This document shows positions 10,148-22,200 of a stretch of 64,000 nucleotides of DNA, one piece after another. This stretch comes from Oscillospiraceae bacterium (GTDB lineage: Bacteria; Bacillota; Clostridia; Oscillospirales; Oscillospiraceae): assembly GCA_009777775.1 (NCBI GenBank), contig WRLE01000017.1, forward strand, positions 5,622 through 69,621, in the 5' to 3' direction. Below the pieces are notes generated by a model, which saw only the letters and a program-made list of their open reading frames with translations, made no database searches and was not told where the DNA came from. Numbering within the stretch: the first letter of the stretch is position 1; every line of letters begins with the position of its first letter. The translations under genes and the position numbers were made by a program.

Positions 10148-13090
10148 ATGAAAAGACAAATAGCATTGTTTATATCTATAGTATTAGTATTGAACTGTAT
10201 GACAGTATTTGGAGCTAGTGTTGAAAGCATAGAACAGAATAGTGTTTTGTTATCTGAATTAGAAACCATGGACGATATAGAAGTTACACAGATTATCGTT
10301 ATTGAGCCAGAGCTTCAAGAAGACGAAAATGACATAATTGATATTGTATCATATAATGATTTACCTCTTGTTCCAGATGAGGACTTGAATTGGGATGAGC
10401 CTCTAACAACAGCAGAAGAAACCAACCATACCTCTAGCATTGATGAAAATGAGTTCACAGATATTATGGAATCTAGTGACGGATTCATAGCGATAGTACC
10501 TTCTATTGATGAACCTGTCGTTGCGGGCGTAAGGGGATTAGTAACCAGTACATCAGTTGCATTGTATGGTACAGTCGTAAGCACAGGCGGACAGCTAATC
10601 ACAGAGCGAGGTTTTTGGATTAGAGAAGAATCCGAAATTGAAACGAAACAATACCTTGTTTCACAATTTGGTGAATTTCGAGTCACGATTACCAACTTGG
10701 AACCTGAAACAACATATGTTGCTCGCGCAATTGTCAGGTATGCTGGATTGCCATCAGGCGCAATACAGAGTCCACCAATTACATTTACAACACTCTCTAT
10801 AGAGGATGATTTTCCAACGCCACCTGAAAACTTTGAAGCAGTTGCCACATACGATGGGATGGTCGTATTTACTTGGGAGCCACCTCTTTATAGCGGTAGA
10901 GAAGAAATTATCCGCTATGCTATATCTGATGGATATAGAGTCAGATATGTTGCTAGCGATAAAACTTCAGAAATAACACCAAACCTAAGGCTTGGTGTGG
11001 AGTACAATTTTAGCATTTGTGCAGAATATGCCTCAGGACCAGGACCAGCTGCTTATGCTACCGTGACGCCTAAGCATGTAGCCATTGTGGTTGTACCTGG
11101 TATTATGGGTACGAGGCTGGAAGATGGAGATGAAAAAAGAGTTTGGGAGCCTGGTTTTATGGATAGTCATGGACTTTATGCTTTTTCTGAATATATGAAA
11201 TGTAATGAAAATGGTGAGCCAAACTTAGACGAAGTCACTCCTCGCTTTGATGGAGTAGGTACGAAAGAAATTTATAAAGATATTATGGGGAGACTAATTA
11301 TAGCTTTTGAAGGGCAGGCAACCGTACGATTTTTTGCATATGATTGGAGGTTAAGCGTACATAAGAGTGCCCTTGAGCTTCAAAGGTTTTTAACTCCCTA
11401 CTCAGAAGTCGTATTGGTTGCACACAGCATGGGTGGTTTGGTAACATCTGCATATCTAAATATCAGTGAAACAAACCAAGATAAAATCAAGCACCTCATA
11501 ACAATAGCAACACCTTTTTGGGGATCTCCTAAAATGATGCATGTAATGGAAACAGGTGAAATTTTTGGTAATGTATTATATGACCCCTTTTTGAGAGGTT
11601 CCATTTTAGCATTAGCTAACAATTATCCTGCTATTTACCAATTAGCAGTTACTGCACCTCTAAATGACATAAATAATCTACACTACCTAGTTAAAGTTAG
11701 TGGAAATGAGTATACTTACACTGAAACTTTAAATCTCTTAAGATCAAGACCATGGGCACTATCAGCAGATGATAGCGTAAAAACGATTTTTGAAGAAGGT
11801 ATTTCACTACATGAGTCATTACTAGAGAATAATGTCCACATCGTTGATCGTTTTGGCAGGATAACCTACATAGTAGGTTATGGTCAATCAACAATTCGTT
11901 CATTAATATATGGTCCTGATGAAGAAGGCCATACGGAATTTAAGATTCAAGAACCAGATCCTACAAACGATGGCGATGGAACTGTATTAGTATATAGTGC
12001 AAGCAATAGTTTGGTAGAAAGAGATAATGTTAGTTTAGAATCATTCCCATACGATCATATAAAGCTTGTACAAGAAAAGGATGTAATTGATAAAATAATT
12101 AATATAATTACTAGTGTTTTAACCCCATCGTCTGATTTGTTATCAATGGTCTTTGAAAGAACTGCCTCTCCCAATATCAATGCTAGAGGGTGGCTTATCA
12201 CCGATGTTGAGCCACGATACGAAAACATAGCTGATGGAAAATGTATAAATGCAACAATAGAAGGCTTTCATAATTTTGCTATTATTGATCTGTCAACGAA
12301 TCAAATCCTTGAAGTGATAGGTACAAACATATACAGAAGCACAGAAGAAGACGGAGAACTACTTGGTATCGCTTGGTTACTCAACATTGATACCAATCGT
12401 TACTACATATTGTTAGATAATGGAGAGTACAGAATTGAGTTATCAAATCCACTCAATCCAAGTATACCTTCATCAATGAAAGCGACAATACAATTTATAG
12501 ATCATGGATACCATAGAAAGATAGAAAGATTCCAAAGCGATGAAAGCACACAAATTCATACGCTTATTTTAGGTACTCATAATACTATGAACATTGATGT
12601 ATTATCAACAACAAACCAGGCAATGATGCCTACAAGCATTGTTTCCGATGCAGAGCTTAGAGAAATGAATACAGATAAGCCAAAAGACTTTATGACTACT
12701 GATACATTATCATCTGTAAATGGTAGGTTTCTCGTTACAGTACAAAATGCATCTGTAATATCGATGTTCGGTAGCAATATTGGCTTGTCTACGACAAGTA
12801 ATGCAAACCTTGGTCTAGTCCAGCGTTTTACACCAGATATAATGCAAAGACCATACCAAATGTTTATCTCTCCTCCAGAATGGGGCTGTGGAATCTCAAC
12901 ATATGGCGATGGCATGATATACATATTGAGAAATGCAGATTACATATTTAGTTTCATTTCTGCTAATGGAAATGCAGATATACTAGTACAAAGAATATTT
13001 GTTCATGATAACATCGTTGTTGCCGAAGACTATCCGTTCCAACTTGTACAATTTGGAAATAATTATTTACTCACTTTCAAAGGTGAGTAG
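10148..13090 (+). CDS. Secreted Fn3-domain protein with an LCAT/PGAP1-like alpha/beta-hydrolase (lipase/acyltransferase) domain
   Basis: Signal peptide MKRQIALFISIVLVLNCMTVFGA. Fn3-like segments (PPENFEAVATYDGMVVFTWEPP). LCAT-family hallmarks VVVPGIMGTRLE and FAYDWRLS, plus the nucleophile elbow VLVAHSMGGL. Confidence 0.8.
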   Translation: MKRQIALFISIVLVLNCMTVFGASVESIEQNSVLLSELETMDDIEVTQIIVIEPELQEDENDIIDIVSYNDLPLVPDEDLNWDEPLTTAEETNHTSSIDENEFTDIMESSDGFIAIVPSIDEPVVAGVRGLVTSTSVALYGTVVSTGGQLITERGFWIREESEIETKQYLVSQFGEFRVTITNLEPETTYVARAIVRYAGLPSGAIQSPPITFTTLSIEDDFPTPPENFEAVATYDGMVVFTWEPPLYSGREEIIRYAISDGYRVRYVASDKTSEITPNLRLGVEYNFSICAEYASGPGPAAYATVTPKHVAIVVVPGIMGTRLEDGDEKRVWEPGFMDSHGLYAFSEYMKCNENGEPNLDEVTPRFDGVGTKEIYKDIMGRLIIAFEGQATVRFFAYDWRLSVHKSALELQRFLTPYSEVVLVAHSMGGLVTSAYLNISETNQDKIKHLITIATPFWGSPKMMHVMETGEIFGNVLYDPFLRGSILALANNYPAIYQLAVTAPLNDINNLHYLVKVSGNEYTYTETLNLLRSRPWALSADDSVKTIFEEGISLHESLLENNVHIVDRFGRITYIVGYGQSTIRSLIYGPDEEGHTEFKIQEPDPTNDGDGTVLVYSASNSLVERDNVSLESFPYDHIKLVQEKDVIDKIINIITSVLTPSSDLLSMVFERTASPNINARGWLITDVEPRYENIADGKCINATIEGFHNFAIIDLSTNQILEVIGTNIYRSTEEDGELLGIAWLLNIDTNRYYILLDNGEYRIELSNPLNPSIPSSMKATIQFIDHGYHRKIERFQSDESTQIHTLILGTHNTMNIDVLSTTNQAMMPTSIVSDAELREMNTDKPKDFMTTDTLSSVNGRFLVTVQNASVISMFGSNIGLSTTSNANLGLVQRFTPDIMQRPYQMFISPPEWGCGISTYGDGMIYILRNADYIFSFISANGNADILVQRIFVHDNIVVAEDYPFQLVQFGNNYLLTFKGE

Positions 13091-13196
13091 AGCAAAATAT
13101 AGCTAATGTACAACAAAACGAAATGCTATTGTGCATACTATTTTGCATAGTAATTATAGTTAATACTAGTTGTATTATAAAATATAAGGTTACAAA

Positions 13197-13988
13197 ATGT
13201 CACAGTTACTAAAAATCCATAAAAACAAACTTTATGAACGCATAAACGCATTCAACAAGCTTCAAAAAATCCTATTTTGCATCCTTGTAGTATATTTAGC
13301 ACTATTCGTCTTTTTCTATTTCGTTTATTTTCTTCCACCTAAAATAGAACACTGGCGGATTTCTAAGTTACCATCTCACGATTTGACGCTGTTTGTCGAT
13401 GTGAAAGGAGAATTTATAGGTATATCTCATTCTTTACTAAATACTGCTGAATCATATGATGGTATTGAATTATATACTGCTGGAGATATAATCCGGTTTT
13501 TTAACAATGATACTTTCGTTGCAAGAAAAATAAATTACTTTTATGATAATAAAAATGGTTTATTTATGACTTTGTATAAAGGAAGTAACTATACTGGTGT
13601 AGAGGGAAGTGGATTATTCAGCCTCAATGAATATATGCCATACAGTTTGTATTTTGAGAATACATATGCACCATTTCTACGATGCATTAAGTTAGGTCCA
13701 CTATTCTCTATTGGTGCTGAATTATCCCCAAACCAAATTGGGTCAACTAGATCCATATCTGGAGCAAGATATGGATTTATGCATAATGCAACAGATCTCG
13801 AAAAAGTTTCGATACTATCAGCAGCTATTCAGATAGCATTCGCCTATTTGGTATATATCATACCAATAATAATTTGTATTTTTTGGCGCAAATATTCTTT
13901 TAGTCTATTAGTATTCTTCGCTTATCTATATGTCAGTTATCTTAATTTTGTGTATATGTTTACTTTCTATTTCCCATGGGGTCCCTAA
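13197..13988 (+). CDS. Hypothetical membrane protein (one N-terminal TM, two C-terminal TMs)
   Basis: Hydrophobic segments ILFCILVVYLALFVFFYFVYFL and the C-terminal AIQIAFAYLVYIIPIIICIFW / LLVFFAYLYVSYLNFVYMF. Its 5' end is duplicated at 4179-4280. Confidence 0.6.
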   Translation: MSQLLKIHKNKLYERINAFNKLQKILFCILVVYLALFVFFYFVYFLPPKIEHWRISKLPSHDLTLFVDVKGEFIGISHSLLNTAESYDGIELYTAGDIIRFFNNDTFVARKINYFYDNKNGLFMTLYKGSNYTGVEGSGLFSLNEYMPYSLYFENTYAPFLRCIKLGPLFSIGAELSPNQIGSTRSISGARYGFMHNATDLEKVSILSAAIQIAFAYLVYIIPIIICIFWRKYSFSLLVFFAYLYVSYLNFVYMFTFYFPWGP

Positions 13989-14116
13989 TCATAGGATTCA
14001 TTGCTATAATACACTAATATATCTTCATTGATTTTAACCTGTCAGCTATTTGTCGAGCTAATAAGCTATTGATAAAGACTGCTAATAATATTATCTATTT
14101 CAGGAGGATAGACAAT

Positions 14117-15991
14117 ATGCGAAATAAAAAAACATGCTATAAAAGCATTGCTATTATCCTAGCAACAACCATACTTCTCAGCACAATTCCAGCATCCGCA
14201 TCAGCTCAAAATGAACCAGTAGACAACTACGACCCTGTAACAGGTTGGTTTATTTTATACAACCCTAATGGGAATCTACTTACCAAATTAAATTCTCTAC
14301 TATTAAATAACTTTGGGAGCAGTGCTATATCTGATTCCAACAACTCTCATGCAAGGCCGTATGGCTATACATATGAGGAAGTCAAGAAGCTTAAAATTAT
14401 TGGCACGATGACCGAAGACGACTTTGGTAGCGCAGCAAATGGAATGAGGTATGCATCTAACGGCATAGTACCATGTATCAGCCGCATGGGAAGCCTCATT
14501 GAGCTAGATTTGAGTAGAGCTGTTATCCCAGACAATACAATACCGGATTTTGCTTTTACAGCATTTATCAGCCTAGAAATAATCAGGCTACCTGTTGGCA
14601 TTATTATCCCATCATCGAATGTGTTTAAAGCTTGCTCATCACTTAAAACATTGGTTTGCGGTGACTTCCCAATTGTCGATGATGCTTTAGACTTATCTAA
14701 TAGCGGAAATGTGATAATCTCACTAGCGACCCAAATCGAGGAAGAAGTGACCTCTGGTTTTGATATAAATTTTGGAAGCCACACAGGACTTCACAATATA
14801 ACAAGTATAATATTTCCAGATATTCCTATAGGTATCACAATTGGCGACGGTATAAATCCTGCCAATATCGAAAATGGTTTTGGTTTTGTAAAAGAGTTGA
14901 TTTTTTTAGGTAATGTGAATGCAATATCCGCTGGATCTAGCAGCGGTTCTGGAGCGTTTAATGAAATGGTCAGCTTGGAAAAGGTCGTATTCTTCCAAGA
15001 AGAAGCACCGTATATCGGTGGGAATAGCTTTTCTACTATAAGCGAAACAATATTTACAGCAGTTGCATATGTGCCAGATCCAAAAATGGGTGGTTACGAG
15101 CTTGATGAATTCACTAGCCGTTTTTCACAAGTGCTACCACTTTCGGAATACTATACACCAGCAAATAAAAACAAGTTGCAGTCGTTATTAGCAGAAGCGA
15201 TATTATTGGACGAAAGCAAATTTACACAGGAGAGTTGGGCAGAACTTGCTGACCAATTAAGAAACGCTGTCGTATATTTCGATCATAAGCTGTCTACACA
15301 AGCACAAATAGATGATGTTGTTTTCACTTTACAGAGCGCAATGAATCTACTAGAACATATACCTATTGCTCCCAATTCTGACAAACCTGATAGAGAGTCT
15401 ACCGAATATGAGGATGATTACTACGATTATTACGAATACTTAGACGATTGGGATACTCCCCTGTCCTCTGCTTGGAGAAATCCATTTATTGATGTTGGAA
15501 ATGACGCATGGTATTTCGATTTTATAAAATATGTTCACATGAATCGATTAATGACAGGAGTTAGTTCAAATAGATTCGCACCTAGCAGTTATTTAACAAC
15601 TGCCATGCTTGTGACAATACTTGCCCGCCATGCTGGTATAGATACTTATAGTGGCTCTACATGGTACGAAAGAGGTATAGCATGGGGTATCGATAACGAA
15701 ATAACAGATGGCACAAATATGGTTGGAAATGTAACTCGCCAGCGGTTTGTAACGATTCTCTACCGTTATGCTGCTATGCTCGATTGCGATGTGTCAGTCA
15801 AGGTTGATTTATCGAAATATAATGATGTTGATGATATAGCAAGTTGGGCCTTCGATGCAATGTCATGGGCAGTTGCGGTTGGATTGGTAAACGGAAGAAC
15901 AGACGCAACGATAGCACCTCTCGGATATGCCACCCGCGCTGAAACTGCAACACTCTTACAACGTTTTGCAGTCCTAGTCGAAACGCAATGA
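14117..15991 (+). CDS. Cell-surface protein: BspA-type leucine-rich repeats, FIVAR-like helical domain, C-terminal SLH domains
   Basis: AGGAGG at 14102-14107 sits before ATG 14117; the ORF track start at 14069 is a TTG. Signal peptide MRNKKTCYKSIAIILATTILLSTIPASASA. C-terminal SLH repeats (FIDVGNDAWYFDFIKYVHMNRLMTGVSSNRFAP; YNDVDDIASWAFDAMSWAVAVGLVNGR). Confidence 0.8.
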   Translation: MRNKKTCYKSIAIILATTILLSTIPASASAQNEPVDNYDPVTGWFILYNPNGNLLTKLNSLLLNNFGSSAISDSNNSHARPYGYTYEEVKKLKIIGTMTEDDFGSAANGMRYASNGIVPCISRMGSLIELDLSRAVIPDNTIPDFAFTAFISLEIIRLPVGIIIPSSNVFKACSSLKTLVCGDFPIVDDALDLSNSGNVIISLATQIEEEVTSGFDINFGSHTGLHNITSIIFPDIPIGITIGDGINPANIENGFGFVKELIFLGNVNAISAGSSSGSGAFNEMVSLEKVVFFQEEAPYIGGNSFSTISETIFTAVAYVPDPKMGGYELDEFTSRFSQVLPLSEYYTPANKNKLQSLLAEAILLDESKFTQESWAELADQLRNAVVYFDHKLSTQAQIDDVVFTLQSAMNLLEHIPIAPNSDKPDRESTEYEDDYYDYYEYLDDWDTPLSSAWRNPFIDVGNDAWYFDFIKYVHMNRLMTGVSSNRFAPSSYLTTAMLVTILARHAGIDTYSGSTWYERGIAWGIDNEITDGTNMVGNVTRQRFVTILYRYAAMLDCDVSVKVDLSKYNDVDDIASWAFDAMSWAVAVGLVNGRTDATIAPLGYATRAETATLLQRFAVLVETQ

Positions 15992-16170
15992 GTCTCCTTG
16001 ATTGATTTGATATGCTCAATGATGAAAGTCGATTGGGATGTAAGTGCTGGCTTGCGGCGCGTCAGGGATGCCGCGCCCTACGAATATGTGGCAGGGGTGT
16101 TGCGCCTTATGAATATCATTTCATAATGATGCACTTACGATGTATGTTATTTTACACAATATAGTTTAAA

Positions 16171-16206
16171 ATAGGCTGTCGAACCTTTCTTGGGGCGACA
16201 GCCTAT
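16171..16206. terminator. Bidirectional rho-independent terminator between convergent surface-protein genes
   Basis: 11-bp stem ATAGGCTGTCG / CGACAGCCTAT with a 14-nt loop, flanked by TTTAAA on the left and TTTTTATTTATTT on the right. Confidence 0.7.
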
Positions 16207-16227
16207 TTTTATTTATTTATTATCTTT

Positions 16228-19200
16228 TTATCTTGGTACTGTTACCCTAAAGCTTGTTGCTTTGCCGTCTACCCTTACTGTTATTGTGGCGGTGCCGGCT
16301 CGGAGGGCTGTTATTAAGCCTGTTTCGGAAACTGTGGCTACATTTCTGGAGCTGGTGGTATATGTGGCGGTGGTGGATGTGGCGTATGCTGGCTCAACAG
16401 TGGGGTAAAGCTGATATGTTTGTCCTATAGGTAGAGTGACACTTGCTTCCGGTAGACTGATTGAAGTGACGGGAATCCTTACCACTACTGTGTATGTGGC
16501 TGTATGACCACCGCTGACGCTGGTGGCAGTTATCACCGCTGTTCCAGCACCGACGGCATGGACTCTGCCATCTGGTTCTACCCTTGCTACAGTCTCATCG
16601 CTTGACCTCCAGGTCGCACCTGTTATAGACGGAGCAGCAGGTCTGTATTTCAGAGTCAAGTTCCTTGAGCTACCTAAAATCATGGGAGACTCAGCTTGGC
16701 TGATGCTAATGGATGTTAGAGGAGCAGAGTCAACTCTTACGGTGACATTTGATTGGGCTTTAATTGTACCATCAGCATTGCTCACAGTTATTTTCACAGT
16801 ACCCGCTTTGATGCCGGTTACAATTCCGCCAGAAACAACGGCTATATCGGTATTTGCGCTTGTCCAAACTAAGCCGCTTTGGTCGGCGTTATATGGGGTA
16901 ACATAGGGTAGCAGAGTTAGAGTCCCACCAACAGCAACTCTGGAATTGGGACGTATTGCTATTGCAGTTAATGGTGGTTTTGGCGGCGGTACCGTTGTAT
17001 CAGCGGGTGCAATTGAAGCCGCACCCATACCTGGTGCCACAGTCCCTGGGGTCGCTCCGATACCTACACCAGCTCCTGTACCAGCATCTGTTCCTGTACC
17101 AACACCAGTACCGGTATCAGTACCTGTTCCCGGTGTCACTCCGATACCAGCTCCAGCAGCTCCCCCAGATTCGCCGCCAGCACCAGCACCATCGCTACCC
17201 GCTGTTGTGCTATCATCAGCTGCTTCTCCAGAGTCTTCCAAGGAAAAGCCCACAATGGGAGCAGATCCAGGCGAAATAGGCAAGCCTCCTCCACCAATTG
17301 GCATACCTCCACCAATAATAGGTGCTGATGTTGACAAGGCAAAGTCAACTCTCAACATGGCACCATTGACACTATCGGTTATCAATACAAATGTGGGCAA
17401 TATGAGTGGTACTGAAACAAAGGTTACCGTAGTACCGCTTATGGAAAATGCCGATGCATCACCAATAACTGTATAACTGGCAGTTGTCAAATTTATGCCC
17501 GCTGACGAAGCTGCACTGACAATATCGGCATTAAGTGCGAGATTCACACCAGGAGGACCAAGGGAAATGGGTACTAATGGCAAATTCGACGGTGGATCCG
17601 CAATGACCGTAAATGTGTATTTGGCGGGATTTAATGGGTCAGTAAAGGGTATGGAATGGGTGTAATATGGACCACCGGCTGCCGGGTCTAGCTTATTAAC
17701 AAAGCCTTCGTTGGTGGTATATTTCATCTCAGCATCAAAAGTTATCGCATAGGGAAGAGCTCCCGGTGTTGGCATTTCATTATATAGCCTGCCAAAGACA
17801 ATGGAGGTAAGTCCCCTATTGGCAGCTACCACGCGGTCGGCGCCGTTAATCAATGTCCATGCGGCAAACTTCAAAGGTTGGAGCAAAGTACCTGTACTAA
17901 GTTCAATATCAACACCATCCGTATCTGCGTATGTGAAATCGCCGATGACTTCATATGTGATAGCTGGTCTATTGGCAGCACCCAAATCCACTCCAGGATG
18001 GAAACTCATATATTGGGTATACACTATAGTCGATGCTGGGCGAATCATGGGATTGATTTGCGGTGCCCTTGGTTGTATCCATACAAAGAGTTCATTACTG
18101 CCACTGGAGTCTGCAGTCTTCGCCACCAATGGAACATTATCTGGATTCCAGTCATTATCATTTGTCGCTGTGGAGGATTTTTCCCTTGTGAGGTCTCTAC
18201 CATTCACATCACAAATCACTTGGACTCCCATCATTACGCTGGCGGGGTCTAGGGCACTCCATGCCAGCCACATACCGGATGCGCTTCTCAACCTGAATCC
18301 TGACAGATTCTCATCAATTAATGGATTAAAAGTATAGTGAGCAATATTTTCCGGGTCATTAAATGCTGGGCTATAGAGGGGATTCCCGATTGGTAGGGAT
18401 GCTCGAAGTACAAACAAAGGTATATTTCCTCGGGCAAACCATTTACCATCATCTTGTCCAGGTACCATTTCCCAGCCATCGGGCAGGTTTGCAACAGTGG
18501 GAACTACCACAACTCTAGCCAAGCCCATGGCAGTTGCCGACAGGACTTTGCTGGAAGTATTATATGCTAAAAGTGTATTAGCAGAAGTATAGGAACGTGT
18601 ACGAAGGGGGTCAGTCCAATACATGAGCCAAGCCATTGCACGGTCTTCCTGACCAGGTTCATATGCACGAATATTTCTGGTGGTGCCATTAATCATTTCC
18701 AGCATACGCCCATAATCCGGCGGGTCCTTCATGGCTTCTGTGCTGGTATCGAGATAAAATTCCATTCCAGACACCCCTCGGGGTGCAGATATGATATATT
18801 TATCTTCAGCGGCTCTGGGACCGAACTCGCTGGTGAATATCGATATGGTAGACCGCCCTATTCCATTTGTAACTATGAGTGGGTCAACACCAGGAGCAAC
18901 TTCCAGTCGCTGATGAGCCGTTGCACCGCCATCAATGGAGAAGAGGATGATGGGGTTGGAACTTTCCCAAATGAATTTATCAGGCAAATCATAATCATCG
19001 CTGAGGGGCTGTACGGAAACCAAATTACCATAGGGTATGCCCGTTCTAGTCCTATCCTGCACAACCGCTTGGGTAACCACTAGCTCATAGCTAATTTGCT
19101 CCCTCACCACCAAGGTGACATAGGCATAGGACAAGACAGTATTAGTATTTCTATCGAAAAGCTCAACTCTAATTAGATTATTATATGTTCCCGATGGAGC

Positions 19201-22200
19201 AGTGGGTTTCACCGTTATTATTCCCGTGGTACTCACAGAAGCTATATCTGCAGCAACAAAGGCATCATCGGGATAGCCCACCACCGCCCAGCGTAGGAGT
19301 CTATGGGTACCCAAGGGAGATGCTGTGATGACTCTCACCTGCCCGGGTTTTGTTGATGAACCCGCTTGGAGCGATATTCTTTCCGGGTCGACGAAAATAT
19401 CGTATTCATTTTCAAAGACCCAAATATTTGTGGAGTCAGAAAGTCCGTTCCCTCTGGAGGAGACTGTGACAATAGCGGGTCTAGTACTTTTGCTATCGCC
19501 AGCAGTGACCACGCCTGCGCTGCTGACAGCGGCAATGGTATCGTTGGAGCTGTTCCAGAGCAAATCCGTGGCATTGGCTGGAACAAGATTTAGATATTGA
19601 TCAGTATCCCACAGATTAAGTACATCGCCCACATACATGGTGATGTCCTTTTGTCTAAAGGACAAAGCAGTTGCCACAATGGGAGCTCTCACATTCACAG
19701 TTATAGTGGCTGATTTCCCACTTGCTCTATGGAGAGTTGTCAAAGTATCATTACCTTGGCGAAGAGCCGTAAAGGTTGAAACACCAGCCGCAAAGACATG
19801 GGAGGAAATGGGAGAACCAGGATTGTTCCTCCAACTATGCTCCAGGTCTAAGAAAGAAGTCTCGGCAGCACTGAGGATACGATTTTGTCCTGTGGATGTT
19901 TTGATTGTGACTTCCAAAGTTGCGCTAAAGGGAGGCGCACCAACGGAAAAGTTCGCTGGAGCTGCATTTGGTTTATATGCCAATGACACAATTTCCATTT
20001 GATTGGGGTCGGAATCATCGGGCAAATTCGAGGGGTCGTTTAGATATCTTCTAATGGCATCTATAACTTCCTGTATTGAACGGTATTGGCGAAGCTTCCA
20101 TAAATGCTCTGCCATATCGTTCTTTTGTTTGTCGGAATATCTATTATATGGAGCGGCACCAGTCTGGAACTGCAATACAGCAGCATTGGCAGCCACTTCG
20201 ATTATTTTTCGCAGTGCAATATAATCGGCTGAATTATTGATTTGACCCAAGAGGGATGTCTCCGCCGCTAAACGAGTTTGCACCGCCTTGTCGAAGGCAG
20301 ACTTAACAGCAGCAGGATTTGCGAAAATTGTTTTCCTTGCTGCCAGTACCTGCTCCACCACATATTGCTTACCAGCATCGGATAGGGCAGAGTATTGACT
20401 TGTTCCCGATGTGTGCACTGTCAAATCCAAAGCAAATTGAGTATCTTCCAAAATACTTCTGGCTTCGTAAATAGTCACAGCTCGATTTATGGCATCAAGT
20501 CCCCTATTGGCATTGCTGGATAAGCCTAAAGGATTATCTGATGCTAGTATGCGCCTCACCGCCTCGGCTCCGGAATATGATAATGCACCACCATGAATGC
20601 TGTGCATAACCATATCATCGAATTCCTTTTGCAATGTGGCTGTTTGGGAACTATTCAAGGAAGCCAAATGCATCGTTGTGCTTAAAAAGTGGATATTTTC
20701 TGTTAAATGTCCGCCCCAATTGATGAAGAGTACCTCTTTAAGGACACCGGATTCCCTATTGGCTTCGCGGAAAACAGGAAGATATATCAGTAGTCCTTGT
20801 CTGCCATTGTAATAATCCAAGGTCCGAGGAGGCAGGGTGATGGGGCTACCGTCCACATAAGTGTATGTCACCGAAGCCATATTGGCGGCTTCTGGTGGTG
20901 CTGGAACGAAAAAGCCCACCCAATATGCCCAACGGTTGTTACGTTGGGTAAGGGGTACCCTGTTAGCAGCGGCTTGGGTCACATGGGCTTCAGAAGCAGT
21001 ACTTCCGGCAACCATTGTCAAATTAAGTGAAGATTGGTCAAAGGGCGTTCTGGTATCAGCACCAGATAATAACTCCACTTTGAGATTACTGGCTGCGCTT
21101 AAACGATCTATATTATTATTCGCCCATTGGGATTCTGCACTGGAAACAGATTCCCCAGCGACTGTGGCGATGATATTTAACCCCATGGTCAAAAACTCTG
21201 GAGATTGGGAAACAACTGCTCCAGAATTGTTAATTATGAGATTTCTAACGAATCCGCTTCCTGTAACAATCGCGCCTGGAGCTGACACTGTTAAATGTCC
21301 CACAGAAGTATTTGCAGCCAAATCCAGCCTAGCGCCCTGTCCAGCATTGTCGAATGTGGCATACATGGTATGTCCGGAGTTTAAATTCACCTGGGCACCG
21401 GGTCCGTCGATGCTCAACCTATCCAGTGAAACACCATTGAGATTCACTGTGGCATTTCTCATGGCATTTTCCAAAACAGTGATTTGGGCAACTCCACTAC
21501 CTGATACAGTGACATTGGAAACAGTTTCCAATATGGGAACAGTGGAATTGTCTGCCACAGCAACCCTGGTATCCGCTCCGAAGCTGGCGACATATATACC
21601 CTTGCTGACAGTGGTATTAGACAAAGTTATGCTATTAGGTCCCCCACCGCGAACAACGAGACTACCGTTAATTGTACTATTTGAAATGACAACATTTCCA
21701 TCGCCAACACCATCGCCGATGATGATGTCGCCATCGATAATTACATCCCTAAGCTCAGCACCAGGAGACTGAATGAGTAGTCCTCCTTGGAGATAGACAT
21801 TGCGAAGCCCTGTTTCGGGCATATACACATTAATGAATAAATTATCCAGAATTTTAATCGCTTCTGCTCGGGTGAGAAAGGCTCGAGGTCGAAAAGAGCC
21901 ATCTGGATATCCACCCATTATTCCCTTGTCCACAAAGGCAGATACATAGGTGATGGCATAGGGAGCAATGAAAACAGAATCTGAAAAACGCTCTAAGCTC
22001 CATTCCGATACAGAACTCATACCCAAAGCGCGGGCTGCCAAAGTGGCGGCATCTTGGCGAAGCAGGGTGTTGTCTGGACGCATGGTGTTGTCTGGATAGC
22101 CATTGGCGATACCCATTTGATTTGCTATGGCAGCAACATCATATTGCCAGGTGTTGGGAATTAAATCTGTGAAAGCACTGATGTCCGCTTTCGCCGTTGC

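Noticed and set aside
10315-10848. 177-aa minus-strand ORF
   Set aside because: It is antisense to the N-terminal region of the Fn3/LCAT-like gene, with no start context and low-complexity Ser-rich content.
16523-21772. Many plus-strand ORFs of 60-300 aa (for example 16946-17476, 17801-18337, 19637-20002, 20861-21772) inside the 16228-22458 gene
   Set aside because: They lie antisense to a continuous 2076-codon ORF with clear SLH, beta-helix and Big_2 motifs. Their Pro/Ala/Ser-rich composition mirrors the sense strand, so they are shadow ORFs.
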